The translations under genes and the position numbers were made by a program. 64,000 nt of DNA. Source: Cryomorphaceae bacterium (GTDB lineage: Bacteria; Bacteroidota; Bacteroidia; Flavobacteriales; UBA7430). The DNA is taken from NCBI GenBank assembly GCA_019649675.1, contig BOWN01000001.1:354868-418867 (forward strand), read 5' to 3'. Positions 10,384 to 19,371 of this stretch are shown piece after piece. Position 1 is the stretch's first letter; each line of letters opens with the position of its first letter. Below the pieces are notes generated by a model, which did not search any database, had not been told where the DNA came from, and was given only the letters and a program-made list of their open reading frames with translations.

Positions 10384-12309
10384 TTAGGATGAAGGCGCGA
10401 CCCAATCGCCATTCATTTTAATTAAATCAATAAGTGCATTAACAGCATCTTCTGAGGGAATATTTCTTTGAACCACTTCCTTTTCTTTATAAAGGGTGAT
10501 TTTTCCAACACCTGTGCCAACGTAGCCATAATCAGCATCAGCCATTTCGCCAGGCCCATTAACTATGCAACCCATAATACCAATTTTCAAACCTTTTAAA
10601 TGACTTGTTTTTGAACGAATTTTGCGGTGGTTTCTTGTAAATCAAAAGTGTTCTTCCACAACTTGGGCACGAAATGTATTCTGTTTTGGAAATACGTGTA
10701 CGCGTGGCCTGAAGAATACCAAAAGCGGTTTGCATCTTCATTTGCTCATTTCCAAATTTGTAGCTCTTAAAATACGCCATCCCTAAGCCATCAAGCAAAA
10801 GTGCCCCCAAATCGGTTGAGGCTTGTAATTGAAATTCTTCCTCACTTAAGTTTTCGTAATCCCGACCAATAATGACAGGAGTATCACAATTGGCATTCAT
10901 TAACTTCATGAATAACCTGCGTTGCTCAGCCATACCGTGTTTATTCTTGGTTTTAATCATTAAAACAACAGTGGTATCTGCTTTTAATTTTGAAATAAAC
11001 GCATCATTAAAATCATTTAAACAAACTTGAATGATGTTCAGTTCTTTAGATAATTCCAACTCGCTCAAATACGTTTTTACATCTACTAATGGGTAGCATC
11101 GCTCCCTTTATTTTCTATCCAGGTTTTGTAATTGTATACAATACCTAATGTGCCAGGAATGGCAAAATCAACAATATTATTGCCGGCAAATATATAATCA
11201 CAAGCCATATCAGCAATGTTCCATTTATCTAGTGGAACAGAATAATTATAACCCAATGCAAAAAGACTTGCCGCTGTAATTTTATTTTTCTGACTAAAAT
11301 CAGCCATCACAACGGCACCTGTTTGCCCCCTATGTTAAAGACTTCTTTAGTTTGTCTTTTCTTGTATTCAAAAGGATTGATTGGATTTACATCAATAGAT
11401 TGAATTTCATCATGAGGCAATCTTTTTGAATAGCGTTCTACAAGAGTTTTAGCTCAGGTATTTCAAATTCTGGCTCTTCAGTTAATGAAACACGAACAGT
11501 ATCACCAATACCATCCTCCAACAATGCGCCAATACCCACAGCCGATTTAATGCGGCCATCCTCCCCTTCTCCAGCTTCGGTAACGCCTAAATGTAAAGGG
11601 TAGCTCATGCCTTCATTTTCCATCTTATTAATCAGCAAACGATAGGCCTGAACCATGACTTGTGGATTGCTGGCTTTCATGGAAATAATGACATTATGAT
11701 AATCTAAAGATTTACAAATACGCAAAAATTCTAGAGCCGATTCTACCATCCCTATTGGCGTGTCTCCATACCTACTTAAAATACGGTCTGAAAGTGAACC
11801 ATGATTGGTTCCAATACGCATCGCTGTGCCTTCTTCTTTACATATTTCTACCAATGGCGTAAAGCGTTTGGCAATACGTTCTAATTCCGCTTGATAACTT
11901 TCCTCGGTGTACGCAATCTCCTGAAATTTCTTTTGTCGGCATAATTGCCAGGATTTACCCGAACTTTTTCTACAATTCTTGCCGCAATTTCAGCAGCCAC
12001 AGGGTAAAATGAATATCGGCTACTAATGGTGTATCGTAGCCCCTTTATGAGCTCATTTTTTATGTTTAGAAGATTTTCTGCTTCCCTCTTACTGGGTGCA
12101 GTAATTCGAACAATTTCACAACCCGCATCAATCATACGAATAGATTGTGCAACAGTAGCATCAGTATCCATGGTGTTTGTGGTCGTCATAGACTGCAAAC
12201 GAATAGGATTATCACCACCAACACCTATAGATCCAACTTTTACTTCGTGGCTTCTATAGCGTTGATATGCCGTAAGGCTAGCACAATAGTTATGATTTGT
12301 ATTCATCAC
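10384..12309 (-). pseudogene. ispG: 4-hydroxy-3-methylbut-2-enyl diphosphate synthase IspG (long Bacteroidota form), at least 7 frame changes; probably sequence error
   Basis: Five ORF fragments (11881..12309, 11438..11854, 11086..11310, 10559..11068, 10384..10590) read as one IspG: [66 protein letters not shown]. Example lesion: A4 at 10644-10647, where A5 gives [32 protein letters not shown]. 1926 nt = 642 codons. Confidence 0.9.
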
Positions 12310-12364
12310 TCAAATTTCGGCATTTCTAATTAGATGTCAAGAATATTACAATAAATACTTTTCT

Positions 12365-12689
12365 CTACCTTTTTGTCAATTTAGCAATGACCAAATTATA
12401 GGAATGGTCTATAAGTTTATATAGAGCTTCTTTAGGTATTTCACCATTTACCTCAATAGTATTCCAATGCTTTTTATTGAATGATAACCTGGACGAACAG
12501 ATTCGAAGCGTTCTCTCAGGTCAATGGCTTTTTCAGGATCACATTTTAGATTTAGCTAAGGATATGAAGCTAAAGCAGCTAAAGCAAATATTTTGCCTGC
12601 CACCTTAAAGACTAACGTTTTATCATCAAAAGGCATCACTTTGTACAGCTTTTCGAAATACAGTACATTCTAATACTTTCAATATCCAT
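12365..12689 (-). pseudogene. MmcQ/YjbR-family DNA-binding protein, degraded reading frame (not in ORF track)
   Basis: Minus strand from ATG 12689 reads MDIESIRMYCISK..., then in other frames MPFDDKTLVFKVAGKIFALAALASYP-TAG-LNLKCDPEKAIDLRERFESVRPGYH and NKKHWNTIEVNGEIPKEALYKLIDHSYNLVIAKLTKR-stop (12365). This matches my recollection of the YjbR/MmcQ consensus. Confidence 0.55.
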
Positions 12690-12736
12690 GAAATATTTTT
12701 TTATAAATTTAGCATCTAAATTTAGTGACTAAATAT

Positions 12737-13150
12737 GAAAGCATGAACCAATTAAATAATATAAAAAAGCTCAATCTTGAACAACTAAGAGAAAAAATTG
12801 ATTTGAATTATAGAGCAATCAAAACAACTCGCGCAGTTACTTATGTGTTTGACATTTTAATATTAATGATTGCAGGGCTTTATATCTTTAACATTGACTT
12901 TGCGAAATGGCTTTTAATTCCTGCTTCAGGCTCAGTATTACTTCATTCAAGGCTTTCAAACTTATATGAGCAACAATCTTTACTCAAGGAGCAAGAAGTC
13001 ATTGTAGAGCTCAAAAAAATAAGGCGTATTCTCACCGATAAAAAAGTTACAGCTACTTTCTGTAATAATTCATCTCATCAATATATTCCCAAACATTTTC
13101 TGGAAGCATTGCTCGAACGTCTATCTGTTCTTTTATTGCATTACGAATAA
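12737..13150 (+). CDS. hypothetical small membrane protein
   Basis: ORF 12725..13150 with its first ATG at 12737 and one or two TM helices (VTYVFDILILMIAGLYIF). The last ~100 nt overlap the nadD 3' end, so the true stop may be earlier (an A6 run at ~13043 could hide a shift). No recognisable family. Confidence 0.3.
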   Translation, partial: ESMNQLNNIKKLNLEQLREKIDLNYRAIKTTRAVTYVFDILILMIAGLYIFNIDFAKWLLIPASGSVLLHSRLSNLYEQQSLLKEQEVIVELKKIRRILTDKKVTATFCNNSSHQYIPKHFLEALLERLSVLLLHYE

Positions 13151-13639
13151 ATGAAGAGGAAATCTGCATAATTGGAGCGCCTATTAAATTGATCTTTTCA
13201 TGATTATCTAGAGAGCTCTTAGTACTTGTCAATCTGGGGTAAACGTATAATTCATGATTCTGTAAAATGAGCTCGTGGTTTTCCACTTGTGAAAAGAGTT
13301 TAAATTATCACCTCCCATAATTAATGCAAAGTCTTTGTTAGAATATTTCTCAGTTATATAAACTAAAGTATTTATTGTATAAGAGGGTCGAGGTAATCCA
13401 AACTCGATATCTGACACCCTTAATTTATCATAGCCTTTAATTGCTCTATATACCAATTCTAAACGCGCATAATTATCAAGTAAAGTTTTCTTTTTCTTAA
13501 ATGGATTTAGGGGACTAACAACAAACCATACCTCATCTAAGTCAGTGTAATTAACCATATGATTGGCAATAATTAAGTGCCCAATATGTATGGGATTAAA
13601 TGTACCAAAATACAATCCTATTTTTTTATTATTAGCCAT
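13053..13639 (-). pseudogene. nadD: nicotinate-nucleotide adenylyltransferase NadD, one frameshift; probably sequence error
   Basis: ORFs 13229..13639 (GLYFGTFNPIHIGHL) and 13053..13286. Plus-strand T4 at 13279-13282 should be T5, giving HKWKNHELILQNHELYVYPR. 587+1 nt = 196 codons. The start overlaps the gmk stop (ATGGCTAA). Confidence 0.9.
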
Positions 13640-14198
13640 TGATAAAGTCCATTACTTTTTGATAAGCTTGCTCTTGGGCTATTTCCAAATCGTCGTTTAC
13701 AATAACAACATCAAAATATTTAGCATAGGCCATTTCACTTTTGCCTTATCTAATCGCATATTTAAATTCTCATTATCTTCAGTATTACGAGCCATTAATC
13801 GTTGTTTTAAAATATCTATAGAAGGTACTTTTATAAATACTGACAAGGCTCTTTCTCCGAATTGTTTTTTAAATTTAATCCACCCTCAACATCAATATCA
13901 AAAACAACATGCTTTTCATTTGCCCATATTCGATCGACCTCAGCTTTTAGAGTCCCATAATAACGATCTGGATACACTTCTTCCCACTCTAAAAAAGCTT
14001 TTGATTTGATCTTTGATTTAAATTCTTCACTAGATAAAAAATAATAATCTACACCGTTTTCCTCTCTGCCTCGAGGTGCTCTATTGGTTGCTGAAACAGA
14101 AAACTCAATGGGGACATCTTTTGTTATAAGATGACGGACAATAGTGGATTTACCGGAACCAGAAGGAGCAGAAAAATAATGAGTTTACCCTGATTCAT
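13632..14198 (-). pseudogene. gmk: guanylate kinase, three single-base deletions; invisible in the ORF track
   Basis: Minus strand from ATG 14198 reads MNQGKLIIF, then the P-loop [15 protein letters not shown] after adding a base to A5 14172-14176, then ...[20 protein letters not shown]...[13 protein letters not shown]...[27 protein letters not shown] (T6 13865-13870 should be T7), then ...RLDKAKSEMAYAKYFDVVIVNDDLE...ING-stop 13632 (T4 13739-13742 should be T5). Confidence 0.85.
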
Positions 14199-15067
14199 TA
14201 CAAGACATTTAATACTTGTTCTTTAATTTTCTCTAATGAATCCTTCATCTGAACAACAAGTTTTTGAATTTCGGAGTGATTTGCTTTAGAACCCATAGTA
14301 TTAATCTCTCTACCCAATTCTTGCAAAATAAAGCCTAATTTCTTTCCATTATTATCTTGAGAATTGATAGTTTCAATAAAATAGACACAATGATTTTTTA
14401 AGCGAACCTTTTCTTCAGAAATATCTAGCTTTTCAATAAAATAAATCATTTCTTGCTCTAATCGATCTCGATCAAAGTCCACAGATTCTAAAACATCATT
14501 AAGTTTAGTAGAAATACGTTCTTTAATAGTCTCAATTCGCTCTTGCTCATATTTTGGGACTTGATCATGAAGTGAATCAATTGCTTGAATCTGCATTTTA
14601 AGATCTTTTTCAAGTGACAAGCCTTCTGCTTTACGATAATCAATTAAAGCCTCAACAGCTTCTCCAATAGTTTTCATAATAGCATCCCATTCCTCTTTTT
14701 CTATTTCTTCACGCTCCAATTTCATAGCGTCAGGAAGCTTCATCGCAATGGCCAATAATTCTCCATGAGGCACCATATTATCGCCAAATTCCTGAAGAGA
14801 TTTGATATATGCTTCAACCAAATCTTTATTGATTTTATATGTCGATTCTGAACCAATATTTTCAACAAAAACAGACAGTTCTATCTTTCCTCGACGAAGT
14901 GATGAAGAGAGAAAAGAACGAATACTTAATTCTTTCTCTTTATATACAGATGGAATACGAATGCTAACATCGAGCTGTTTGGAGTTTAAACTCTTAACCT
15001 CTACTGTAATTTTCTTTTGTGGAAGCATTAATACAGCTCTTCCAAAACCGGTCATCGATTGAATCAT
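14198..15067 (-). CDS. yicC: YicC-family stress-induced protein
   Basis: 289 aa, intact. N-terminus MIQSMTGFGRA and C-terminus EINTMGSKAN...VVQMK...EKIKEQVLNV are typical YicC. Its stop overlaps the gmk ATG (TAATG). Confidence 0.9.
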   Translation of the reverse strand: MIQSMTGFGRAVLMLPQKKITVEVKSLNSKQLDVSIRIPSVYKEKELSIRSFLSSSLRRGKIELSVFVENIGSESTYKINKDLVEAYIKSLQEFGDNMVPHGELLAIAMKLPDAMKLEREEIEKEEWDAIMKTIGEAVEALIDYRKAEGLSLEKDLKMQIQAIDSLHDQVPKYEQERIETIKERISTKLNDVLESVDFDRDRLEQEMIYFIEKLDISEEKVRLKNHCVYFIETINSQDNNGKKLGFILQELGREINTMGSKANHSEIQKLVVQMKDSLEKIKEQVLNVL

Positions 15068-15116
15068 AAATAACTATTTGTTGTAAAAATACGGAAATTT
15101 GTTGGTGTACAAGATG

Positions 15117-16013
15117 CTAACGCTCTTCTGTTTTTGGATTCCTTCCCACAAGGTATACACCTGTAAATATAATTAGAGATGCAAGAATCTTAATGGCATC
15201 TAATTTATCTGAACCCAAGATTAAAGCAATAATGGTTGCGAGAACCGGCTGTAAATAAATATAGAACCCTACTGTGGATGCACGCAATCTTTTTAATGCA
15301 TAGATATTTAACATATAGGCTAAAAATGAGGTTCCTATAACTACAAAAGCAATTTCTGCCCAAATTTTATTGGAAATTCCTGCCCATTCTACTACCAATA
15401 CATCACTGTATCCAAAAGGTAAAACAGCAAAAAAACCAACTGTGAAAACCCATTTCATTATGGTTATAAAATGATACCGATCCATTAATGGTTTTACTAT
15501 AGTAAGATATAGGGCATATGAAAAAGCATTTATCAATACAAACAAATTTCCAAGCGCCAAATGGGGGTTACCTATTTCAAATTTTCGACCATAAACCGCT
15601 AGTATTATCGCACCAATAGCTCCCAACACAACACCCACAATTCGATGAGGTGATTTTTTTTCGCCATGAAAAATAACAGCTAAAATAAATATAATAATAG
15701 GAGCAGAAGTCATAGTTACAGCCGCATGAATAGGCGTTGTATAGTTTAAGCCTAAAAAGAAAAAACTCATATTTATAGCCACACCAAAAAGCCCACATAA
15801 AATCAAAATAAAATAGTCTGAGCGTTTCACCTTTTCTCTAACCATTATTAAATGTATCAAATGAAATAATACCATAGCCCCAGTTACCCTGAGTAGAATA
15901 AACCCAATGGGTGAAATGGTATCTGGCATCACATCTTTAGCCAAAGTAAAAGTGAGTGCGTAAATAAGATTAGCAAAAAACAATGCCAAGTGTGAAGTAA
16001 AAATCTTATTCAT
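15117..16013 (-). CDS. EamA/DMT-family transporter
   Basis: 298 aa with ~10 predicted TM helices in two similar halves, the usual EamA duplication. Confidence 0.8.
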   Translation of the reverse strand: MNKIFTSHLALFFANLIYALTFTLAKDVMPDTISPIGFILLRVTGAMVLFHLIHLIMVREKVKRSDYFILILCGLFGVAINMSFFFLGLNYTTPIHAAVTMTSAPIIIFILAVIFHGEKKSPHRIVGVVLGAIGAIILAVYGRKFEIGNPHLALGNLFVLINAFSYALYLTIVKPLMDRYHFITIMKWVFTVGFFAVLPFGYSDVLVVEWAGISNKIWAEIAFVVIGTSFLAYMLNIYALKRLRASTVGFYIYLQPVLATIIALILGSDKLDAIKILASLIIFTGVYLVGRNPKTEER

Positions 16014-16359
16014 TTTCTAAGCACTTTTTTAAGGCATCGATGGTCTTCTTTGAATTGCCAACAAAAATCTCATGATCAACAATAAATACTGGGCGTTTAA
16101 GAAAAGTATACTCCTCTAGAATTAGGTTTTTAAAATCTTCTTCTTTTAAGTTTTGATATTTCAAGCCCATACTTTTATACTTTCTAGCTCTTTTACTAAA
16201 CAAGGCTTCATAAGAATTGGTAAATTGATACATCTGATCTATTTGTTCCTCTGTAATAGCATCAAATTTTATATCTTGAAGCTGAAAATGATGATCTTTC
16301 ACTTCTTTGAGTATTCTATCGCAAGTAGAGCAAGAAGATAGGTAATATGCTTTTTTCAT
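16006..16359 (-). CDS. ArsC/Spx-family (arsenate-reductase-like) thioredoxin-fold protein
   Basis: 117 aa. N-terminus YYLSSCSTCDRILKEV and C-terminus LKRPVFIVDHEIFVGNSKKTI resemble ArsC/YffB family members. Confidence 0.7.
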   Translation of the reverse strand: MKKAYYLSSCSTCDRILKEVKDHHFQLQDIKFDAITEEQIDQMYQFTNSYEALFSKRARKYKSMGLKYQNLKEEDFKNLILEEYTFLKRPVFIVDHEIFVGNSKKTIDALKKCLENE

Positions 16360-16478
16360 AATCTAATATAACCTGAAATTTTATCACAAATATACTTAAA
16401 GCAATCTACCTGATTAATGAACAGGAATTAATTGGAGGTCAGATCAGTAGAAAAATCATCGGACTGCAAAAATATTTT

Positions 16479-16486
16479 TACATTTG
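16479..16486 (+). promoter_or_regulatory. Bacteroidota sigma-A -7 box (TAnnTTTG) upstream of trkA
   Basis: TACATTTG lies 23 nt upstream of the ATG at 16509, in the divergent intergenic region. Confidence 0.4.
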
Positions 16487-16508
16487 TATGAACAAATAAT
16501 ACTTGATT

Positions 16509-17209
16509 ATGTCAGATCAACGCTTTGCCGTGATCGGTCTTGGTCAATTTGGATCGGCCATCGCCAAAAACTTATCTAATCGTGGTGCTGAAGTTCTAGC
16601 TATAGACTCATCACTTGAAATAGTAGAAGGTATTAAAGAAGAAGTCTCTCATGCTGTAGCACTCGATGCTACAGACAAGAAGGCGCTATTGTCACAAAAT
16701 ATTCAAGATGTAGATGCCGTAGTCGTAGCAATTGGCGAAAATTTCCAAGCCCTACTCTTATGTACCTTTCTTTTAATTGAACTTGAGGTAAAACGCATTA
16801 TTACACGATCTATGGGTAATGATCAAAGACGGATTCTAGAAAAAATGGGGGTCACAGAAATCTTATCTCCAGAAGATGAGGTAGGTGGAAATGTTGCTGA
16901 GATGCTTATTAACCCTAATGTAGTAATGTGCATGCAACTTCCAGATGACTACGAAATTGTTGAAGTTAAAGCACCCTCTGCTATTTTCGATAGAAGTCTT
17001 GGAGATATTGGCTTGAGAGAAAAATATAAACTCAATCTGGTTACCATTCTTAGAAAAAAGAGGGTAGCTCGGAAGAAAATGATAATAGCACCAATGATTA
17101 TCATATTATTGGGGTGCCTGATTCGAATACGATTATTCAAAAAACAGATATTGTTATAATATTTGGGCTTACAAAAAATATCGAACGGTTTCTCGAGATT
17201 AATAATTAA
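16509..17209 (+). pseudogene. trkA: TrkA/KtrA-type potassium uptake protein (RCK N+C domains), one frameshift; probably sequence error
   Basis: MSDQRFAVIGLGQFGSAIAKNL Rossmann motif. A6 at 17054-17059 should be A7, giving LVTILRKKEGSSEENDNSTNDYHIIGVPDSNTIIQKTDIVIIFGLTKNIERFLEINN-stop 17209. Confidence 0.8.
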
Positions 17210-17251
17210 AATCTTAGAACAAGTATCTAAATGTAAATTTTAGGGTGAACA

Positions 17252-17886
17252 ATGAGGGGGTTTATTATTACAGGTACCAGTAGTGGCATTGGGCATGAGC
17301 TCTGTAAACTGCTTTTAGAGAATCCAAACTACAGGGTTATTGGTATTGGCAGAACTCAAAATATTAAGCACACAAATTACCATCACTTCGCGTTAGATCT
17401 CAATAATATTTCGGAAATAGGAAACATTGTATTTCCTGAATGGACAAATGCAGAACAAATCAGCTTGATTCAAAATGCAGGATGGATTGGACCCATACAA
17501 AAAATAGGTAATCAAGAACTTGGCGCTATTTCTTCCGCGTACATCATTAATTTAGTTGCCCCAGCAGTATTGTCAAATCAATTTATCAAGATGTATAAAA
17601 GTTCAAAAGCGCAAAAAGTAATTCTAAGTATTAGCTCGGGGGCTGCTCATACTGCTATTGGGGTTGGAGTACATACTGTTCTTCAAAAGCAGGATTAGAT
17701 ATGCTTAGCAAATGTATTGATGAGGAATATCAAGAAATCATTAATCTTTCAATCGCTCCGGGTAAAGTAGATACCCCAATGCAAAATGACATTCGATTTG
17801 CTGATGAAAAAGCCTTTCCTCGTCTAGCAGAATTCCAGAAGTATTACAAAGAAGGTGAACTCAAAGATGCAAAAGAAGTGGCTTGA
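17252..17886 (+). pseudogene. short-chain dehydrogenase/reductase (SDR), frameshifted; probably sequence error
   Basis: TGTSSGIGHE cofactor motif. G4 at 17660-17663 should be G5, giving SSGAAHTAIGGWSTYCSSKAGLDMLSKC (catalytic YxxxK). The tail may continue to ~17950 after another shift (...QKVLQNPRSFLQINRVSEV). Confidence 0.75.
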
Positions 17887-17956
17887 AATACAAAAAGTAC
17901 TTCAAAACCCTAGAAGCTTTCTTCAAATAAATAGGGTTTCGGAGGTCTAAAGTAGT

Positions 17957-19186
17957 TCAGTAAAAGGAAATCGAATCCAATATTTGAGTTAAGCTATCTC
18001 TATAAAATTCAAAATAAATTCTTGATGAATCACTAATTGGCTCAGATGGAGGCAATTTAGTTTTAAAAGGATCTACCTGAACACCATTTTTCCAAAAACG
18101 ATAACATACATGTGGTCCTGTAGCCAAGCCTGTACTACCCACATAGCCTATCGTTTGGCCCTGTTTTACTTGTACGCCAGGACGAATACCCTTTGCAATT
18201 TTAGACATGTGTAAATACTGAGTTGAATAAGTCCCATTGTGTCTTACCTTCACATAATTCCCATTAAACTTATTATAAGTAGCAGCATCTATTACCCCGT
18301 CGGCAGTTACCCAAATAGGTGTACCTCTTGCTGCTGCGTAATCTGTTCCTTTATGCGATTTCCAGCGTTTTTGAACTGGATGAAAACGATTTTTAGAGTA
18401 CCTGGAGGAAATCCGACTATTTTTAACGGGCGTTTTAAGGAAAAACTTTCGTAAGTTTTTACCATCCTGATCAAAATAATCATCAAATCCAGTATCATTA
18501 TATGGAAAAGCATAAAAATCAGCTCCTAAGTGGTTAAAATAAGCAGCTTTAACTTCGCCAACACCAACGAATTCTCCACTTAAGTACTTGCTTCATAGAG
18601 TACTTTAAAACGATCTCCAGGCTGTACATTTCTAAAATCAAGAGTCCAACAATATATCTCGTCTGATATAATTTCACACAAGCGATCTGACATGCCAATT
18701 GCAGCTCCTGTTAAAAAAAACTAGATCCTTTTTCTATAATACCAGCATCTTCAATTAACTTAACCTCTACAGGCTTTTGAGCTTGATAAACTTTTAGGGT
18801 ATCTCTAAAATCATAGACTACATAATTAATCTTATCTTCCTCGTACACAAAAATTTTGGCATTTTCTCTTCCTGCCGTATCTAAAACACAAAACATAGCA
18901 TAAAGATGACCTGCTTTTAAATTACGAACATCGTATTCAGTTCTAAAAGTTTTACGAGCAATTTTATCAATTTGAGCATAGGAAACACCAAAGTCACTAA
19001 GGATTTTCCCCAAAGATTGTCCTGATTGAATTTTATTTTTAATCACCAAAAAGGTGTCTACATAAAAACCATATTCTATAGTTGGATCAGGCGCGAAATT
19101 TTCAGAATTTTCAGAATCTTCTAGGGAAGAGTTACAACTAAATAAAAACAATAAAAAATAAATAGCGTAATATTGCGATACTCCAT
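17957..19186 (-). pseudogene. M23-family peptidoglycan DD-metalloendopeptidase lipoprotein, fragmented by at least 4 shifts
   Basis: C-terminal fragment 17957..18253 holds the LytM motifs (YLHMSKI..., GYVGSTGLATGPHVCYRFW). N-terminal fragment 18711..19151 holds an OapA/LysM-like segment (GQSLGKILSDFGVSYAQIDKIARK). An upstream ATG at 19186 gives MEYRNITLFIF-LLFLFSCNSS (lipobox) if one base is added in a T-run. Confidence 0.75.
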
Positions 19187-19329
19187 AACTAAAATTCTAA
19201 AGTAAAAAATTTATTACAGCTCGAATTTATGAATTTTTATATGTGATTTTTACCTTCAAGCTATTATATATTAACAAAATAATTAAAGTATAATAAGCTT
19301 AACAAACATAGATTTATTACAAATAAAAA

Positions 19330-19349
19330 GGGCTCCGAAATCGGAGCCC
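19330..19349 (-). terminator. rho-independent terminator downstream of the giant gene
   Basis: Perfect 8-bp GC-rich stem GGGCTCCG / CGGAGCCC with a 4-nt loop. Flanked by A5 (19325-19329), which is a U-tract on the minus strand, and by TTT on the plus side. It lies 22 nt after the stop at 19372. Confidence 0.8.
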
Positions 19350-19371
19350 TTTATAAATATTTAAGTATGAA

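Noticed and set aside
13563-14009. 148-aa plus-strand ORF between nadD and yicC
   Set aside because: It is antisense to a recoverable guanylate kinase gene. The sequence is low-complexity with no family motifs.
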